NCBI GenBank assembly: GCA_902780865.1
Contig: CACZHC010000042.1
Span: 279 to 64,278, forward strand
Direction of reading: 5' to 3'
DNA: 64,000 nucleotides
Source of the DNA: an uncultured bacterium
GTDB lineage: Bacteria > Verrucomicrobiota > Kiritimatiellia > RFP12 > UBA1067
The position numbers and the translations under genes were made by a program. The notes under the pieces were generated by a model. The model was not told the DNA's origin and did not search any database. It saw only the letters and a list, made by a program, of their open reading frames with translations. How positions within the stretch are numbered: the stretch's first letter is position 1; each line of letters opens with the position of its first letter. Shown piece after piece: positions 55,579 to 64,000 of the stretch.

Positions 55579-56394
55579 ATGAAAGACCTTAATGAGATTT
55601 TAGAAGGTGTCCGCGGCAAAATCGCCGCGGCGTGTGCGCGTGTCGGACGCGACCCAAGCGAAGTCGAAATCATCGCCGTTACCAAGACCCACGGCGCTGA
55701 GGTCGTGAAGGAAGCGTGGGACGCGGGGCTTACGATCGTCGGCGAAAACAAGGTGCAGGAGGCGGCGTGGAAAAAGCCGGCGAGTGTCTCCGGGCCGTCG
55801 TGGCACCTGATAGGCCACCTCCAGTCGAACAAGGTTCGCCACGCGCTTGAGATCTTCGACTTCATCCACTCCGTCGATTCGATAAAGCTCGCGGACAGGA
55901 TCAACTTCATTGCCGACGAGATTGGCGCGTCGCCTCACATCCTTCTCGAAGTCAATGTCTCCGGCGAGAAGTCTAAGAGCGGCATGAAGCCCGAAGAGGT
56001 CGAGCCGACTGTCAAGCACATCGCCGAGTCGTGCCCGCGAATCACTCTTGAGGGGCTTATGACTATGGCTCCGTTCAGCGAGAATCCCGAAGACGCGAGG
56101 CCGTATTTCCGCAGGCTGCGCGAAATGCGCGACGACCTCGAGTCGCGGCTTGGCGTGGGGCTGCCGCGGCTTTCGATGGGCATGAGCGGCGACTACGAAG
56201 TTGCTGTCGAAGAGGGTGCGACATGGGTCAGGCTCGGCACGGTGCTCTTTGGCGAGAGGCCAAAGGTCAAGCGCGTCGCCGCGTCCGAAGGAGACGACGG
56301 CACGACGCCGTGCGGCGACTCCGATACATACGCTGGCTTCGGCGGCCTTGATTCTTACTCTGGCGCCGGCCCGACGGCAAAGGTTCTGGACTGA
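55579..56394 (+). CDS. yggS: YggS-family pyridoxal-phosphate homeostasis protein with C-terminal low-complexity tail
   Basis: gaaagg then ATG at 55579 (MKDLNEIL). AVTKTH PLP-lysine motif, HLIGHLQSNK. Confidence 0.88.
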   Translation: MKDLNEILEGVRGKIAAACARVGRDPSEVEIIAVTKTHGAEVVKEAWDAGLTIVGENKVQEAAWKKPASVSGPSWHLIGHLQSNKVRHALEIFDFIHSVDSIKLADRINFIADEIGASPHILLEVNVSGEKSKSGMKPEEVEPTVKHIAESCPRITLEGLMTMAPFSENPEDARPYFRRLREMRDDLESRLGVGLPRLSMGMSGDYEVAVEEGATWVRLGTVLFGERPKVKRVAASEGDDGTTPCGDSDTYAGFGGLDSYSGAGPTAKVLD

Positions 56395-56413
56395 CAAGAA
56401 AGGAGAGAACATC

Positions 56414-57547
56414 ATGCAGGCAATAACAACGAGAAGGTCGTTCATCGCTTCGTCTGTCGCTTTTGCGGCCGCGGCTGGATGCGTTTCCACATACGAGATG
56501 TTCGGCGCGGCAAATGCGCCGCGCTTCGAGTTTGGCCCCGACGGGACGTTCACATTCTTTCATCTCACAGATCTCCACCTCAACCCGAACGGTAGGAAGC
56601 TTCATCCGAGTGTCGAGCGCATAATTCGCGCGGCGCTCGAGAAGTACCGTCCGTCGCTTCTCGTCCTCACCGGCGACAACGTCAACGGACAGAACGGCGA
56701 TGTCAACGCGCGCGGGAAGTTCGAGGAAACCGTGGATCCGCTGATCGAGCTTTTCAATTCCAAGGAAGTGCCGTTCTGCGTGACGTTCGGCAACCACGAT
56801 TCGGAGAAGAAGGGTCCGGACAGGTTTTCAAGGCAGGAGCAGTACGACTACTACAAGGCGAAGGGCGGGAAGTTCTTCGTAGACCACGATGTTCCTGAGC
56901 TTTATGGCGTTGGAAGCGGCGTCGTGCGGATATTCAAGCGTGCTGCGCGCAAGCCATCGTTCAACCTTTTCGTAATGGATTCTGGCGACTATCCCGAGGC
57001 GACAGGCGCGGGATGGCCGGGATACGAGGGATGCCATACCGACCAGATCGCGTGGTATGAGCGCGTTTCAGGCAGCACGCCATGCCTTTGGTTCCAGCAC
57101 ATAATTGTGCCGGACGTCAATGTTGGGGGACTTTTCGTCGATGCTCCGCCATGCAGCGATCCCAAGGCGAAGGAGAACGACGAGAATGGGTACAAGATGG
57201 ACTGCCCCGATGGCGAGCGGCGAATGCTGCTGTCGAAAGGCGTCGCGGGAGTTCTCAAGGAGCACACGTGTCCGCCTTACTGGAAGACGTACCGCGACGA
57301 AGCGCACACGTTCGAGGGTCGGACGCTCTATGACAGCTGGAAGAAGATGGGCAACTTGAAAGGCGCCTACTTCGGCCATGACCACATGAATACCTTCGAC
57401 GGAACCGACGCAAACGGAATTCGCCTCGGAATGACGAAGTGCTGTACGTACTGGAGCTACAACGACGGCAATCCGGGGCTCCGTGTGTTCAAGGTCTCTG
57501 CCGACGGCACATACTCGACCGAGATATTCGCCGAGTCAATGGTATAA
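56414..57547 (+). CDS. Tat-exported lipoprotein, calcineurin-like metallophosphoesterase
   Basis: SD aaaggagag plus ATG at 56414. TRRSFIASSVAFAAAAGC. LTDLH, GDNVNG, GNHD motifs. Confidence 0.85.
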   Translation: MQAITTRRSFIASSVAFAAAAGCVSTYEMFGAANAPRFEFGPDGTFTFFHLTDLHLNPNGRKLHPSVERIIRAALEKYRPSLLVLTGDNVNGQNGDVNARGKFEETVDPLIELFNSKEVPFCVTFGNHDSEKKGPDRFSRQEQYDYYKAKGGKFFVDHDVPELYGVGSGVVRIFKRAARKPSFNLFVMDSGDYPEATGAGWPGYEGCHTDQIAWYERVSGSTPCLWFQHIIVPDVNVGGLFVDAPPCSDPKAKENDENGYKMDCPDGERRMLLSKGVAGVLKEHTCPPYWKTYRDEAHTFEGRTLYDSWKKMGNLKGAYFGHDHMNTFDGTDANGIRLGMTKCCTYWSYNDGNPGLRVFKVSADGTYSTEIFAESMV

Positions 57548-57580
57548 TCTGCTGTCGAAAAACGGCGTTGGCCCGCGGCG

Positions 57581-58693
57581 TCAGCGCAGACGGCAGCCGG
57601 AGATGTCTTCGCCGATGTGCGGGATTCGCGCGAGGGCGAGGACGGCGAGCGTCGAGATCGCGAACGTCGCGACGGCCGAGGCGATGATGCATACTGGCGT
57701 CGTCATTCCGGCGCGCCACGAGTCTACGACGCGCGGCAAGATTAGCATGTGGACGAGATAGACGCCGTAGCTCGCCTTTGCGCACGGCTGCACGACGCGG
57801 CGGTAGAATGCGCCGTTCCAGTTGAACTTGCGCAAGACGAGAATGTATGCGAACACCGTAAGCGCGACGCCAAACGATGTAAAGCCCCATGTCGTTTCCA
57901 TGTTGACGGCGAGCTGGATGTCAGTCTTGACGGGATAGCCCGTGCCGAATGTCGCAAGATACTTGTCGAGCGTCGCCCAGAAGCCGCCCGCTACAATCGA
58001 CCAGCCGGCGGCGAAGAGGAGAAGGGCTCGGACGAGCGTCCTCGTCCATGACCAGTACTTCAGGAATCGCCTCATGTAGAGTCCGAGGAAGAGGTAGCCA
58101 ATGAAGCCGCTCACGTAGTAGAATGCGTCAAAGGCGTTCCACGCTGCCTCACCGTACAGCTCCCCGGAAAAACCGGTCTTTCTGGCGAGCACGCGGATAA
58201 ACGGCAGAAGCGTCGTGAAAAGCCAGAGAAGGATCCAGCCGCGCAGTTCTTTCTCCGACACCTTTTCCGCCCACGGCGAAAGAAGCGGCATGAGAAGGTA
58301 GACGCCGACGAGCATCCATACGAACCAGAGGTGGCCGTAGTCTGTCGGAAAATTGAATAGGAGCTGTCGCCAGTCGCCGCCTTGAACCGCCATGTAGACG
58401 CATGTCCAGATGCCGAAGGGAATGAGGACGCGCGCGAGACGGCGCTTTAGGAAGTCGCCTGTTGCGCGGCGGACTGGGAAGAGGAGAAACGCAGAGGCGA
58501 TAACGAAGAGCGGTACCGCGGCGCGCATGGCGCTATCGATGATCGTCACCCATACGGCGTCGAATTTCGATGCGATGGCCGTTCCCTCTGCGTCGAGGTA
58601 GAACGGTTCGCAGGCGTGAATCAAGAGGACCATGAAGATGGCGATTGCGCGCAGCCAGTCGAGGAATACAATCCTGTCAGCGTCGGAGTTCAT
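57581..58693 (-). CDS. acyltransferase family 3 membrane protein (O-acyltransferase)
   Basis: SD aaaggaaag plus ATG at 58693. FLDWLRAIAIFMVLLIH family start. The upstream 119 codons of the track ORF overlap hrpB and are Arg-rich. Confidence 0.85.
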   Translation of the reverse strand: MNSDADRIVFLDWLRAIAIFMVLLIHACEPFYLDAEGTAIASKFDAVWVTIIDSAMRAAVPLFVIASAFLLFPVRRATGDFLKRRLARVLIPFGIWTCVYMAVQGGDWRQLLFNFPTDYGHLWFVWMLVGVYLLMPLLSPWAEKVSEKELRGWILLWLFTTLLPFIRVLARKTGFSGELYGEAAWNAFDAFYYVSGFIGYLFLGLYMRRFLKYWSWTRTLVRALLLFAAGWSIVAGGFWATLDKYLATFGTGYPVKTDIQLAVNMETTWGFTSFGVALTVFAYILVLRKFNWNGAFYRRVVQPCAKASYGVYLVHMLILPRVVDSWRAGMTTPVCIIASAVATFAISTLAVLALARIPHIGEDISGCRLR

Positions 58694-58715
58694 CGATCTT
58701 TCCTTTCTTGCGCAC

Positions 58716-58724
58716 AGTTTACCA
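58716..58724 (-). promoter_or_regulatory. extended -10-like box TGGTAAACT
   Basis: aatttggtaaact on the minus strand, ~16-nt leader with SD. Confidence 0.4.
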
Positions 58725-58773
58725 AATTCCCGTCGTCGTGTAAAAGCGCAACCGTTCGATGGCGGGCAATATT

Positions 58774-58782
58774 TGGTATAAT
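58774..58782 (+). promoter_or_regulatory. extended -10 box TGGTATAAT
   Basis: atttggtataat, ~25-nt leader to the ATG at 58815. Confidence 0.5.
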
Positions 58783-58814
58783 GTGCGCGTAATTTTTCTG
58801 GTGCAATAGAAAGC

Positions 58815-61436
58815 ATGGCGTTCCCAGTTGAAGAGAGGATCGGCGAGATTCGCCGCGCGCTCGCGGCGAACAGGGATGTTGTCCTCACCGCGCCTCCCGG
58901 GAGCGGCAAGACTACTTGCGTGCCGCCCGCGCTTCTTGACGAGCCGTGGATTAAGGGAAAGAAAATCGTCATGCTCGAGCCGCGGCGGCTTGCCGCGCGC
59001 AATTGCGCGGCATACATTGCGCGTAGACGCGGCGAGGCGGTTGGAGGCACCGTCGGTTACCAGGTGCGGCTTGAGCGCAAGATTTCCGCGGCGACTCGGC
59101 TTGAGATCGTGACGGAAGGGCTGCTTACACAGCGGCTTCTTTCAGACCCGGAGCTTTCGGATGTCGGGCTTGTGATCTTCGATGAATTCCACGAGCGCTC
59201 GCTCCCCTGCGATACGGCGTTTGCGCTCGCGCTCGAAGTGCGGCGCGCGCTTCGGCCGGATCTTCGCATCCTTGTCATGTCCGCGACGCTCGACGCCGAT
59301 GAGGTCGCCGCGCATCTCGGAGACGCCGACATCATTCGCGCCGAGGGGCGCATGTTCCCCGTCGAGACGAACTACTTGGGCGACATGTCGATGACGGCCG
59401 CTATCTCGAAGGCGCTCAAAGAGACAGACGGCGACATTCTCTGCTTCCTTCCTGGCGAGGGAGAGATTAGGCGAGTGCAGGACACGGTAGGGACGTCTTT
59501 CCAAGACGTCCGCGGGCGCCTGGGGACAGGCGCCCCTACCAATGTCGATATAGATGTCCTACCGCTTTACGGCAGTCTCCCCAAGGAGGAGCAGGACAGG
59601 GTGTTCGAGCGCGGCGGACGGCGCAAGGTAATTCTCGCGACGTCGATCGCCGAGACTTCGGTTACGATCGAGGGTATTTCGACTGTGATCGACTCGGGGC
59701 TTATGCGCGTGCCGAGGTTTCGCCCAGCGTCCGGCATGTCGGGGCTTGTCACGCTTCCGCTGACGCAGGACCGCGCAGAACAGCGCAGAGGCCGCGCCGG
59801 GCGCGTTCGCGCAGGCGTATGCTATCGCCTCTGGAGCGAGGGGGAGCAGCAGTCGCGTCCGAAGAAGATGATGCCCGAGATTCTTGACGCCGATCTCTGT
59901 TCGCTCGTTCTGACAAGCGCGGCGTGGGGTGCGCTTGGGCGCGAGGATCTGCCGTGGATGACACCGCCACCTGCGTCGAACTGGGATCAGGCGGTAGGGC
60001 TTCTTAAGATGCTTGGTGCGCTTGACGGCGATGGGCGTCTCACGAAGAAGGGTGAGGCGATGGCGAAGCTCCCGATGCATCCGAGGTTGGCGAATATGAT
60101 TATATGGGTCAGGGGTCAGGAGTCAGGAGTCGTAACCGCCCCTTGCGGGTGGGCGCGACCCTTGGGGAAGCGACCGAGCCGAGCGGAGCGAGTGCCGAGG
60201 AGTCAGGAGGTAGGAGTCAGGGGGGATGTGGCTTCGCTGCTGGCGGCGATTGTAGAAGAGGGGAACAGAAGCCGCGAGACGGACATCAGGAAGATTGCCG
60301 AGGAGATAAGAGAGACGCCGAACAGACCGTTTTCGAAAAGGGTGCTGCAGTTGGCGCGGAAGTTTAAAAAAGGGTCAGACCCCTCTGACACAGTAGCTGA
60401 TACAGCTAAAGCTGCAATCAGCTACTGCAGTCAGAAAGGTCTGACCCTAGAAGGCTCTCTTCTTGCGCTTGCGTATCCTGACAGGGTTGCGAAGAACCGA
60501 GGGAATGGAACATTCCGCATGGTGTCTGGGCGCGGCGCATTTGTCGACGAAACCGATCCTCTCGCGAAGTCGCCGTACCTCGTCTGCTGTGAACTCGATG
60601 ATCGCCCGGGCGATGCGAAGGTCTTTCTTGGCTGTCCCATTGGCGAGGACGAGATCGAAGACCTTTTCGGCGATCGCATTGTCGAGGAACCGTACTGCGC
60701 ATGGGACAGGCAGAACGACCGCGTGAAGAGCGTCGTTCGCCGCAAGCTTGGGGAGATGACTCTTGGGGAGAAGCCGCTCGTTGCTTCGTCGCACAACGCG
60801 CATCTTCAGGACGGCGTCGATGCAGAAATTGCGACGGCGCTTCTCGAAGGCATCCGCCAGAAGGGAGTCGAGAATCTGCCCTGTTGGACGAAGGAGTCGC
60901 GCCAATTTCGCGCAAGAATGACGTTTTTATCGCGTATTAATGGGGGTGAGTGGCCTAATCCGACCGATGAGGCGATTCTTGCCGCATTGCCTGGTTTCAT
61001 CGGCGGGATGACGAAGTGGAAGGATTTGGAGCGGCTTGACCTCTTTTCGGTCTTTGACTTTATGCTCGCGGAAGCGGGGCATGATAGGCGCGAGCTCGAT
61101 CGTCTTGCGCCTACGCGCATGGAGGTTCCGAGCGGCAGCCACATGCTTATCCACTACGAGGGTGACGAGCCGACGTGTGAGGTTCGTCTTCAGGAATGTT
61201 TCGGGCTTATGGAGACGCCGAAGGTCGCTGGCGGAAAGGTGCCCGTCGTGATGACGCTTCTTTCGCCTGCACAGAGGCCGATACAGATAACGAAAGACCT
61301 TGCTGGCTTCTGGCGCGAAGGGTATCAGCTCGTCCGCAAGGATATGCGCGGACGCTATCCGAAGCACTATTGGCCGGAAGACCCGTTCACCGCCGTCGCG
61401 ACACGTCGCACCGTCAAACGTGCTGGGCAGACCTGA
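58815..61436 (+). CDS. hrpB: ATP-dependent RNA helicase HrpB (DEAH box) carrying two in-frame repeat insertions
   Basis: TAPPGSGKTT, DEFHER, SATL, TSIAETS, QRRGRAGR motifs and C-terminal RYPKHYWPEDP. Confidence 0.92.
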   Translation: MAFPVEERIGEIRRALAANRDVVLTAPPGSGKTTCVPPALLDEPWIKGKKIVMLEPRRLAARNCAAYIARRRGEAVGGTVGYQVRLERKISAATRLEIVTEGLLTQRLLSDPELSDVGLVIFDEFHERSLPCDTAFALALEVRRALRPDLRILVMSATLDADEVAAHLGDADIIRAEGRMFPVETNYLGDMSMTAAISKALKETDGDILCFLPGEGEIRRVQDTVGTSFQDVRGRLGTGAPTNVDIDVLPLYGSLPKEEQDRVFERGGRRKVILATSIAETSVTIEGISTVIDSGLMRVPRFRPASGMSGLVTLPLTQDRAEQRRGRAGRVRAGVCYRLWSEGEQQSRPKKMMPEILDADLCSLVLTSAAWGALGREDLPWMTPPPASNWDQAVGLLKMLGALDGDGRLTKKGEAMAKLPMHPRLANMIIWVRGQESGVVTAPCGWARPLGKRPSRAERVPRSQEVGVRGDVASLLAAIVEEGNRSRETDIRKIAEEIRETPNRPFSKRVLQLARKFKKGSDPSDTVADTAKAAISYCSQKGLTLEGSLLALAYPDRVAKNRGNGTFRMVSGRGAFVDETDPLAKSPYLVCCELDDRPGDAKVFLGCPIGEDEIEDLFGDRIVEEPYCAWDRQNDRVKSVVRRKLGEMTLGEKPLVASSHNAHLQDGVDAEIATALLEGIRQKGVENLPCWTKESRQFRARMTFLSRINGGEWPNPTDEAILAALPGFIGGMTKWKDLERLDLFSVFDFMLAEAGHDRRELDRLAPTRMEVPSGSHMLIHYEGDEPTCEVRLQECFGLMETPKVAGGKVPVVMTLLSPAQRPIQITKDLAGFWREGYQLVRKDMRGRYPKHYWPEDPFTAVATRRTVKRAGQT
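59491..59535. repeat. 45-nt double perfect hairpin inside hrpB (in frame, 15 codons)
   Basis: ggacgtctt tcc aagacgtcc gc gggcgcct ggggac aggcgccc. Confidence 0.75.
60104..60225. repeat. ~120-nt in-frame insertion inside hrpB, bounded by GGAGTCA heptamer arrays
   Basis: gggtcaggggtcaggagtcaggagtc ... gaggagtcaggaggtaggagtcaggggg. Encodes WVRGQESGVVTAPCGWARPLGKRPSRAERVPRSQEVGVRG between the conserved HPRLANMI and AAIVEE segments. Confidence 0.7.
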
Positions 61437-61446
61437 CAACGGAACT

Positions 61447-62538
61447 CTATACGAGCTCTTCGAGGATCGAGTCGCAGACTTCGGTGCCGCGCTCGGTGAG
61501 GCGATAGACGGATTCGCCAATTTTGACGAGAAGTCCCTTGGTGACGAATCGGTCGAGAGCCGGTTGCCATTCGGGGAAGTGCGACGAGTCGATTCCGTCG
61601 CGAGTCCTCAATCGGAAAAGCGTGCGCTCCTTGATGTCTTCCTTTTCGCTCACCGTTTCGACGGAAGTGGCCGAACCGCAATGTTTATTTGGGTTTTGCG
61701 GGGTCTGTCCCCACCAGTTTCGGGTTCGGGATAGGCCAACGCGTCCGCATGCGCCTTCGCCAAGACCTATGTAGTCTTCGCCGCGCCAGACCGCGAGGTT
61801 GTGGCGGCACTCGAAACCGGGGACGGCGTAGTTGGAGATCTCGTAACGCTCAAGGCCGATTGATTTCAGGAACCGCGCTGCAGATCGTATGCCGTCCAGA
61901 ACCGTGTCGTCGTCGGGAACGTTTTTGAGGCCGCGCTCGTTCTGGAGCGAGTAGACGGAACAGTGGCGGAGTCCCCAGGTCGCGAGCGGCGCGAGAAGGG
62001 CTTCGGCGTTCTTGGTCGTCGGGTCGCCGGGATAGCCGAGAATCAGGTCGATTCCGGCGTTGTCGAAGCGAGACTTCACGAGCTCGAAGGCGCGCGCCGC
62101 TTCGTCAGCAGTGTAGCCGCGTCCCATCGCACGCAGCGTCGCGTCGTTGAGCGACTGGACTCCCATTGAGATGCGGTTGACGCCGATTGACTTAAGCTCG
62201 TCGAGCTTGGCGGGCGTGACGTCGAGCGGGTGGAGCTCAACGGTGAATTCAAACAGTGGAAAACAGGTCTGACCTTTTTTCCACTGTTTGAGCGGGGCAC
62301 GCAGGGGCGAGAGGTCGCAGAGAGCTGGCGAGCCGCCGCCGAAGTAAACAGTGTTTAGGGTCGGCGCAGGGTCGGTGTGAGTTCGGGTGAAGTCGTGCAC
62401 AAGAGCATCTAACTCGACCCTAAGCGACTCTACATACTCCGCTCGCGCTGCAGGGGACGAGCCCGCGCGCGAGTAGAGCGAACAGTAGGAGCATCTGCTC
62501 CTGCAGAATGGAAAGTGGACGTAGAGGTTAGCGGCCAA
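61447..62538 (-). CDS. hemW: radical SAM heme chaperone HemW / oxygen-independent coproporphyrinogen oxidase-like
   Basis: [18 protein letters not shown] CxxxCxxC motif; 363 aa. Confidence 0.88.
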   Translation of the reverse strand: MAANLYVHFPFCRSRCSYCSLYSRAGSSPAARAEYVESLRVELDALVHDFTRTHTDPAPTLNTVYFGGGSPALCDLSPLRAPLKQWKKGQTCFPLFEFTVELHPLDVTPAKLDELKSIGVNRISMGVQSLNDATLRAMGRGYTADEAARAFELVKSRFDNAGIDLILGYPGDPTTKNAEALLAPLATWGLRHCSVYSLQNERGLKNVPDDDTVLDGIRSAARFLKSIGLERYEISNYAVPGFECRHNLAVWRGEDYIGLGEGACGRVGLSRTRNWWGQTPQNPNKHCGSATSVETVSEKEDIKERTLFRLRTRDGIDSSHFPEWQPALDRFVTKGLLVKIGESVYRLTERGTEVCDSILEELV

Positions 62539-63730
62539 TCTTGAAGAACTTCTTCAGAGCCGCGACCTTGTCCAGCTTCTCCCACGGGAATGCGCTGCGG
62601 CCGAAGTGACCGTAGGCCGCCGTGTCCTCGTACTTCCAGCCCTTTGGCTTGAGAAGCCCGAGGTCCTTGATGAGCTCGTAGGGACGGAAGTCGAATACTT
62701 TCCCCGACGCGAGCATCTTCTCAAGCTGCTCGTTCGTGACGCCGTGCGCGGACTTGAACGTCTTGACGCAGAAGCTCACGGGCTTATCGACGCCAATCGC
62801 GTATGCGACCTGGATCTGGCAGCGGTCGGCGAGCCCGGCGGCGACGATGTTCTTCGCCGCATAGCGCGCGTAGTACGCGGCCGAGCGGTCGACTTTCGAC
62901 GGATCCTTGCCCGAGAAAGCGCCGCCGCCGTGTGCGGCCATTCCGCCGTAGGTGTCGACGATGATCTTGCGGCCTGTGAGCCCCGAGTCGCCGCACGGCC
63001 CGCCGATGACGAACTTGCCTGTCGGGTTGATGAAGAACTTCGTCTTTGGCGTGAGAAGGCCAGTCTTCGAGAGGTAGCCCTTTGCAAGCTTCTTGATCTC
63101 TTCGTAGTGCGCCTTAGTCGCTCCCGCCTCGGTAGTTTGGTGGGAGATGACTACGGTGTCGATTGCGACAGGACGGCCGTTTTCGTAGACGACTGAAAGC
63201 TGGCTCTTCGAGTCGGGGCGAAGCCAAGAGTACTTCTTGTCAGTCTTGCGGAGCTTCGCGAACATCTTGAGTAGTTCATGCGAATAGACGATCGCGGCGG
63301 GCATGAGCGACTTTGTTTCGTTCGTCGCGTAGCCGAACATCATGCCCTGGTCGCCTGCTCCCTGTTTTTCCTTCTTCCTGCGCGAGACGCCCTGGTTGAT
63401 GTCGGGCGACTGGCCATGGAGGAAATTGTAGTACTTGAACGTCGCGTCGGCGAAATGTTCTTCGGGGATCGTGTAGCCGATTTTCTTTGCTACGCGGCGC
63501 GCAATTGCCTCGGTGTCGATTTTCTTGAAGTCCTTGCACGTTATTTCGCCCACGTTGACGACAACATCGGGGCCAACTGTCGTCTCGCATGCGACGTGGG
63601 CGCCTTTGTCTTTTGCGAGGCACGCGTCGAGGATTGCATCGGATATCTGGTCTGCCACTTTGTCAGGATGTCCTTCCGAAACGGACTCAGACGTAAAAAC
63701 GTGGCGATGGTTCTTCTTGGTCATTTTCAT
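62528..63730 (-). CDS. metK: S-adenosylmethionine synthetase
   Basis: [56 protein letters not shown]. Confidence 0.97.
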   Translation of the reverse strand: MKMTKKNHRHVFTSESVSEGHPDKVADQISDAILDACLAKDKGAHVACETTVGPDVVVNVGEITCKDFKKIDTEAIARRVAKKIGYTIPEEHFADATFKYYNFLHGQSPDINQGVSRRKKEKQGAGDQGMMFGYATNETKSLMPAAIVYSHELLKMFAKLRKTDKKYSWLRPDSKSQLSVVYENGRPVAIDTVVISHQTTEAGATKAHYEEIKKLAKGYLSKTGLLTPKTKFFINPTGKFVIGGPCGDSGLTGRKIIVDTYGGMAAHGGGAFSGKDPSKVDRSAAYYARYAAKNIVAAGLADRCQIQVAYAIGVDKPVSFCVKTFKSAHGVTNEQLEKMLASGKVFDFRPYELIKDLGLLKPKGWKYEDTAAYGHFGRSAFPWEKLDKVAALKKFFKIGR

Positions 63731-63801
63731 TCCCTGTAGACTCAGCTTGTCACACGCCGAGCACCATGCCCAGACGTCACAGACTGAAATGAGTGCCGCA
63801 T

Positions 63802-63810
63802 ATTATATCA
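63802..63810 (-). promoter_or_regulatory. extended -10 box TGATATAAT upstream of metK (~65-nt leader)
   Basis: Complement of attatatca. Confidence 0.45.
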
Positions 63811-63881
63811 TAAATACCGCCGCCTTAATGATAGCTCCACCGCCAACTTCGCCGCGCCGCCCGATGAATAAAGGAAGAAGA

Positions 63882-64000
63882 AACTCCGAGCGTTAGGGCT
63901 CCCGCTACCGCTCCGCAGCTTCGCTATGTCCCAACGGCAATTCAGTGCGTCGAATTGTCTTCTTGAGCTGCCTTCGGCAGGGTTGGAAGACATGACAACC
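63882..64000. repeat. copy B (5' part, truncated by window end) of the 270-nt element
   Basis: Aligns without gaps to 18505-18623. First 35 nt identical; the gctgccttcggcagg hairpin is conserved. Confidence 0.7.

Noticed and set aside
57540-57548. Exact TGGTATAAT at the end of the metallophosphoesterase gene, which would fire antisense into the acyltransferase gene
   Set aside because: It is formed by the terminal codons ATG GTA TAA, and no start codon or structure follows. One chance intragenic hit is plausible. Kept only as a caveat for the promoter motif.
58694-59050. 119-codon upstream extension of the acyltransferase ORF (57581..59050)
   Set aside because: It overlaps the hrpB start and promoter and has an Arg/Ser-rich composition. 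An SD plus ATG at 58693 gives the family-typical N terminus.
59491-60225. hrpB insertions as inteins
   Set aside because: They are far too short (15 and ~40 codons) and lack intein splicing motifs. Their nucleotide-level palindromes and repeats point to DNA elements instead.
63731-63801. Possible SAM riboswitch in the ~65-nt metK leader
   Set aside because: I cannot find the SAM-I four-way junction core, or SAM-II/V-type AAAGCU plus U-tract features. The leader is too short for SAM-I. Only cmsearch could settle it.
1-64000. Searched intergenic gaps for tRNA, tmRNA, RNase P, SRP RNA, rRNA, IS ends, integrase or toxin-antitoxin pairs
   Set aside because: No T-arm GTTCGAATC-like cores or universally conserved RNA boxes, and no transposase/integrase-like ORFs were seen by eye. 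Absence should be confirmed with tRNAscan-SE, Infernal and ISfinder searches.

Overview
High-GC, densely coding bacterial chromosomal window with about 50 protein genes on both strands. I see no rRNA, tRNA, CRISPR array, transposase, integrase or phage genes.
Layout:
- 1-9.2 kb: a frameshifted secreted-protein gene (minus), then three consecutive secreted modular genes: a ~1880-aa double SASA-type carbohydrate esterase, a one-module paralogue, and a double discoidin-like protein. Each sits behind the same 16-bp palindrome plus a TGTATAAT box.
- 9.2-18.5 kb: carbohydrate cluster (serine hydrolase, 948-aa secreted protein, Gfo/Idh/MocA oxidoreductase, TIM-barrel isomerase, secreted hypothetical, GH78-like rhamnosidase).
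- 18.5-18.8 kb: a 270-nt rod-like repeat element; a second copy starts at 63882.
- 18.9-22.7 kb: carboxynorspermidine pathway plus metY.
- 22.7-28 kb: envelope operon (GT-C-like/TPR membrane protein, W-P repeat protein, frameshifted DPPRT-like prenyltransferase).
- 28-36.8 kb: sugar-acid/rhamnose cluster (MFS, PfkB kinase, gnd, HAD, LarA-like, beta-helix protein, 5'-truncated rhaA).
- 36.8-42.9 kb: rlmB, GH76-like lipoprotein, M18 aminopeptidase, two oxidoreductases.
- 43-51 kb: visibly AT-richer surface-glycan island (3 GT2, GT-D-like, two DUF5672-like paralogues, methyltransferase, Wzx-like flippase).
- 51-64 kb: dapA, ispF, lipoprotein, cysteine desulfurase, hydF, yggS, Tat metallophosphoesterase, acyltransferase-3, hrpB, hemW, metK.
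Most unusual signals:
- A near-invariant TTTGGTATAAT extended -10 box lies 6-9 nt from start codons, implying widespread leaderless or mini-uORF-coupled expression.
- The repeated 270-nt element.
- Palindromic and heptamer-repeat DNA inserted in frame inside hrpB.
- Four disrupted genes in 64 kb.
- G-poor short-tandem-repeat spacers.
The taxon cannot be assigned from sequence alone; gene content suggests an anaerobic glycan degrader. All coordinates and translations outside the ORF track were derived by hand and should be recomputed.
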